Below, piece after piece: positions 26,531 to 32,000 of a stretch of 32,000 nt of DNA. The position numbers were made by a program, and so were the translations under genes. How positions within the stretch are numbered: the first letter of the stretch is position 1; every line of letters starts with the position of its first letter. This stretch comes from Aeropyrum pernix K1 (GTDB taxonomy: Archaea; Thermoproteota; Thermoprotei_A; Sulfolobales; Acidilobaceae), in NCBI RefSeq assembly GCF_000011125.1, contig NC_000854.2, positions 1,140,001-1,172,000 on the forward strand. The letters run 5' to 3'. Below the pieces are notes generated by a model, which was not told where the DNA came from, did no database searches, and was given only the letters and a program-made list of their open reading frames with translations.

Positions 26531-27001
26531 TTGCCCGTACTGCCGGGGGAAGGTCTGGTAAAGGTAGTCGATGTAGACGCGTATATAAAGAGGATGAGCG
26601 ATCCAAGGTCAGGCTTCGTCTTTGACGTTACAGTGATGGAGCTGAAGCTGGAGAACGGGTCAAAGTTCGTTATGTCCAACATACCTGTAGAGATTGTAGA
26701 AGCTGTTAACGTTATGAAAAACAACATAGACACTCCCAGGAGGCAGAGCCTTTTCATCTTTCTAATGAATAGCGAGGTGTTTAAGGACGCTGCCGTGAAT
26801 TTTGTGAAGGAGGTTGTCATAGACGAGATAGACCAGAATACAGGCCTTTACACTGCAACGCTAGTGCTTGAGGAGGACGGATTTAAGCTCAAGCTTAAAA
26901 TGATACCGAGCCACGCAGTGTATCTTGCACTCATAGCTGGGAGGCCTATCTACGTCCTGGAAAAGCTTGTTCACGAGTCATACTCCGAGGAGGAGTACTA
27001 G
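26531..27001 (+). CDS. Bifunctional nuclease (BFN/DUF151) family protein
   Basis: GLYTATLVLEEDGFKLKLKMIPSHAVYLALIAGRPIYVLEKLV matches the C-terminal pattern of DUF151 proteins. TTG start. Confidence 0.7.
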   Translation: MPVLPGEGLVKVVDVDAYIKRMSDPRSGFVFDVTVMELKLENGSKFVMSNIPVEIVEAVNVMKNNIDTPRRQSLFIFLMNSEVFKDAAVNFVKEVVIDEIDQNTGLYTATLVLEEDGFKLKLKMIPSHAVYLALIAGRPIYVLEKLVHESYSEEEY

Positions 27002-27096
27002 AGGATGAGGTATTGTTTACCGCTCTTTGTTTACCCCTAGGCTATTAAGAGCATCGAGGCAAAATTCCACGTATAAAATATTTCAGGATTAGAGCA

Positions 27097-27540
27097 CTAC
27101 TTCCTCGGCTTCTGCTTCTTGCCCTCCCAGAGCGCCTTCAGCGAAACTCCGTTCACCATAACTACTCTATACCTTACCCCTGGTATATCTCCCATAGACC
27201 TGCCCCTAGGCCCTCCTATACCCTCTATTATAACCTCGTCATGCTCGTCCACATAGAGGATACCGCCGTCCCTGGGTACGAAGGCCGTCACCACCTTCTT
27301 ATTCTTTACTAGCTGAACCCTGACACACTTTCGAAGAGCGCTGTTAGGCTGTCTTGCCTCGACACCCACCTTCTCCAACACTATACCCCTGGCCATGGGA
27401 GCTCCTTCGAGGGGGTCGTACTTTCTCTTTAGATCTAGCATTCGTATTCTGAACTCTCTCTGGCTCCACCTGAACTTTAGCCTTTTCCTCCTCAGCTTCC
27501 GTGCTGCGAATAGGCCTGCGGGAGCCTTTTTCCCAGTCAT
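27097..27540 (-). CDS. rps12: Ribosomal protein S12 (uS12)
   Basis: [26 protein letters not shown]-like segment and [17 protein letters not shown]-type C-terminus (here [21 protein letters not shown]). Confidence 0.97.
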
Positions 27541-27629
27541 GCCTACCTAGCCACCCCGGGATAATCCGACTTCAGGTGTGGCTAATAAATCCTCCCTGCA
27601 GAATACTGTGGTTTTGATAATAGCCGGGT

Positions 27630-28064
27630 TCACCTTATAACCACCTTCTCGACGCCGAAGAGCTTGCTGAGTACTAGTCTTGCCCTTTTCACGTTCTTGC
27701 CGCCCTTACCGATAGCTGCACCTTTGTCGTCTTCGCTCACCTTTATCACTACCTGCTTGACTCCGTTCCTCTCCCTAACATTTATGCTCTCTATTTTTAC
27801 TCCTGGAAACAGGTTCTTCACTATTCTCTCCAGGTCGCTAGAATACTCCACAACCTCTATGTTCTTCCCCAGGGCCTCCCTGAGAAGCTTTATAAGCCTA
27901 CCCCCTCTTCCTATGGCTCTGCCAGCCTCGCCCTCCGAGACGAGGAATATCAGCCTGTTGTTCTCCTCATCGACAATGCAGCGGTATGCAGTGACGCCTG
28001 TTATGCTGTGGAAAACGGAGATATAACGTAGCTCCTCGAGCGTTATCCTATAATCACCACTCAT
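27630..28064 (-). CDS. nusA: NusA-like KH-domain transcription factor
   Basis: Two KH GxxG motifs (GRAIGRGGRLIKLL, GAAIGKGGKNVKRA). Conserved position between rpl30e and rps12. Confidence 0.93.
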   Translation of the reverse strand: MSGDYRITLEELRYISVFHSITGVTAYRCIVDEENNRLIFLVSEGEAGRAIGRGGRLIKLLREALGKNIEVVEYSSDLERIVKNLFPGVKIESINVRERNGVKQVVIKVSEDDKGAAIGKGGKNVKRARLVLSKLFGVEKVVIR

Positions 28065-28065
28065 T

Positions 28066-28374
28066 TCACGCTTCCTCCGCCTGCTCTAGTATCCTGCTCG
28101 AGCCCTCGTCTATAACTGCAAGCACGCTAACCCCATGTCTTCTACCCATGACCAGACCCATATCCATCCTTGTCCCTCTATACACTATAATGGGTATACC
28201 AGCGAGCTTCGCATAATACTCAAGCTTCCTCCTCAACTCTGGCGGAGTGTTTTCTGCTATAACGATAGCCTTCGCTTCCCCCGCTTTCACAGCCTTAAGA
28301 GATTGTTTGAAGCCCATTGCATAAACTCCCGTCTTAACTAGATCCTTAAGCGCCTTCTCCACCGACACCGACAT
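28066..28374 (-). CDS. rpl30e: Ribosomal protein L30e
   Basis: GVYAMGFKQSLKAVKAGEAKAIVIAENTPPELRRKLEYYAKLAGIPIIVYRGTRMDMG. Confidence 0.96.
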   Translation of the reverse strand: MSVSVEKALKDLVKTGVYAMGFKQSLKAVKAGEAKAIVIAENTPPELRRKLEYYAKLAGIPIIVYRGTRMDMGLVMGRRHGVSVLAVIDEGSSRILEQAEEA

Positions 28375-28403
28375 AGTCTACACCCCCACTGCTATGCGGA
28401 TAG

Positions 28404-32000
<3,597 letters not shown>

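Overview
This 32 kb window looks like ordinary chromosomal DNA from a hyperthermophilic crenarchaeon. Gene content and tRNA style resemble Desulfurococcales such as Aeropyrum, which is inference. It holds about 27 protein genes and three tRNAs: a partial tRNA-Glu(CUC), an intron-containing tRNA-Pro(GGG) and a tRNA-Ser(GGA). The right third is the archaeal rpoA1-rpoA2-rpl30e-nusA-rps12-rps7-EF1A-rps10-tRNA-Ser cluster on the minus strand, interrupted by a plus-strand DUF151/bifunctional-nuclease-like gene. The left two thirds hold housekeeping and conserved archaeal genes: an ABC-class ATPase, ferritin-like/VIT1, fumarase, L7Ae, TruD, a phytoene-desaturase-like oxidoreductase, two Alba genes, DUF763, an NAD-kinase-like protein coupled to an ABC-2 exporter, a D-2-hydroxyacid dehydrogenase, an S9 peptidase, PRPP synthetase, a THUMP methyltransferase, RNase Z, a CBS protein and an orphan membrane protein. 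I saw no CRISPR array, transposon, toxin/antitoxin or clear defence system. The best leads are non-coding: (1) a segment at about 4036-4135 upstream of fumarase that can fold into a 16-bp stem with one bulge, placed about 25 nt after a TATA-like box; (2) a 332-nt gap between EF1A and rps10 with a duplicated 13-mer and a strong hairpin; (3) a promoter plus T-run bracketed segment upstream of the 2-hydroxyacid dehydrogenase.
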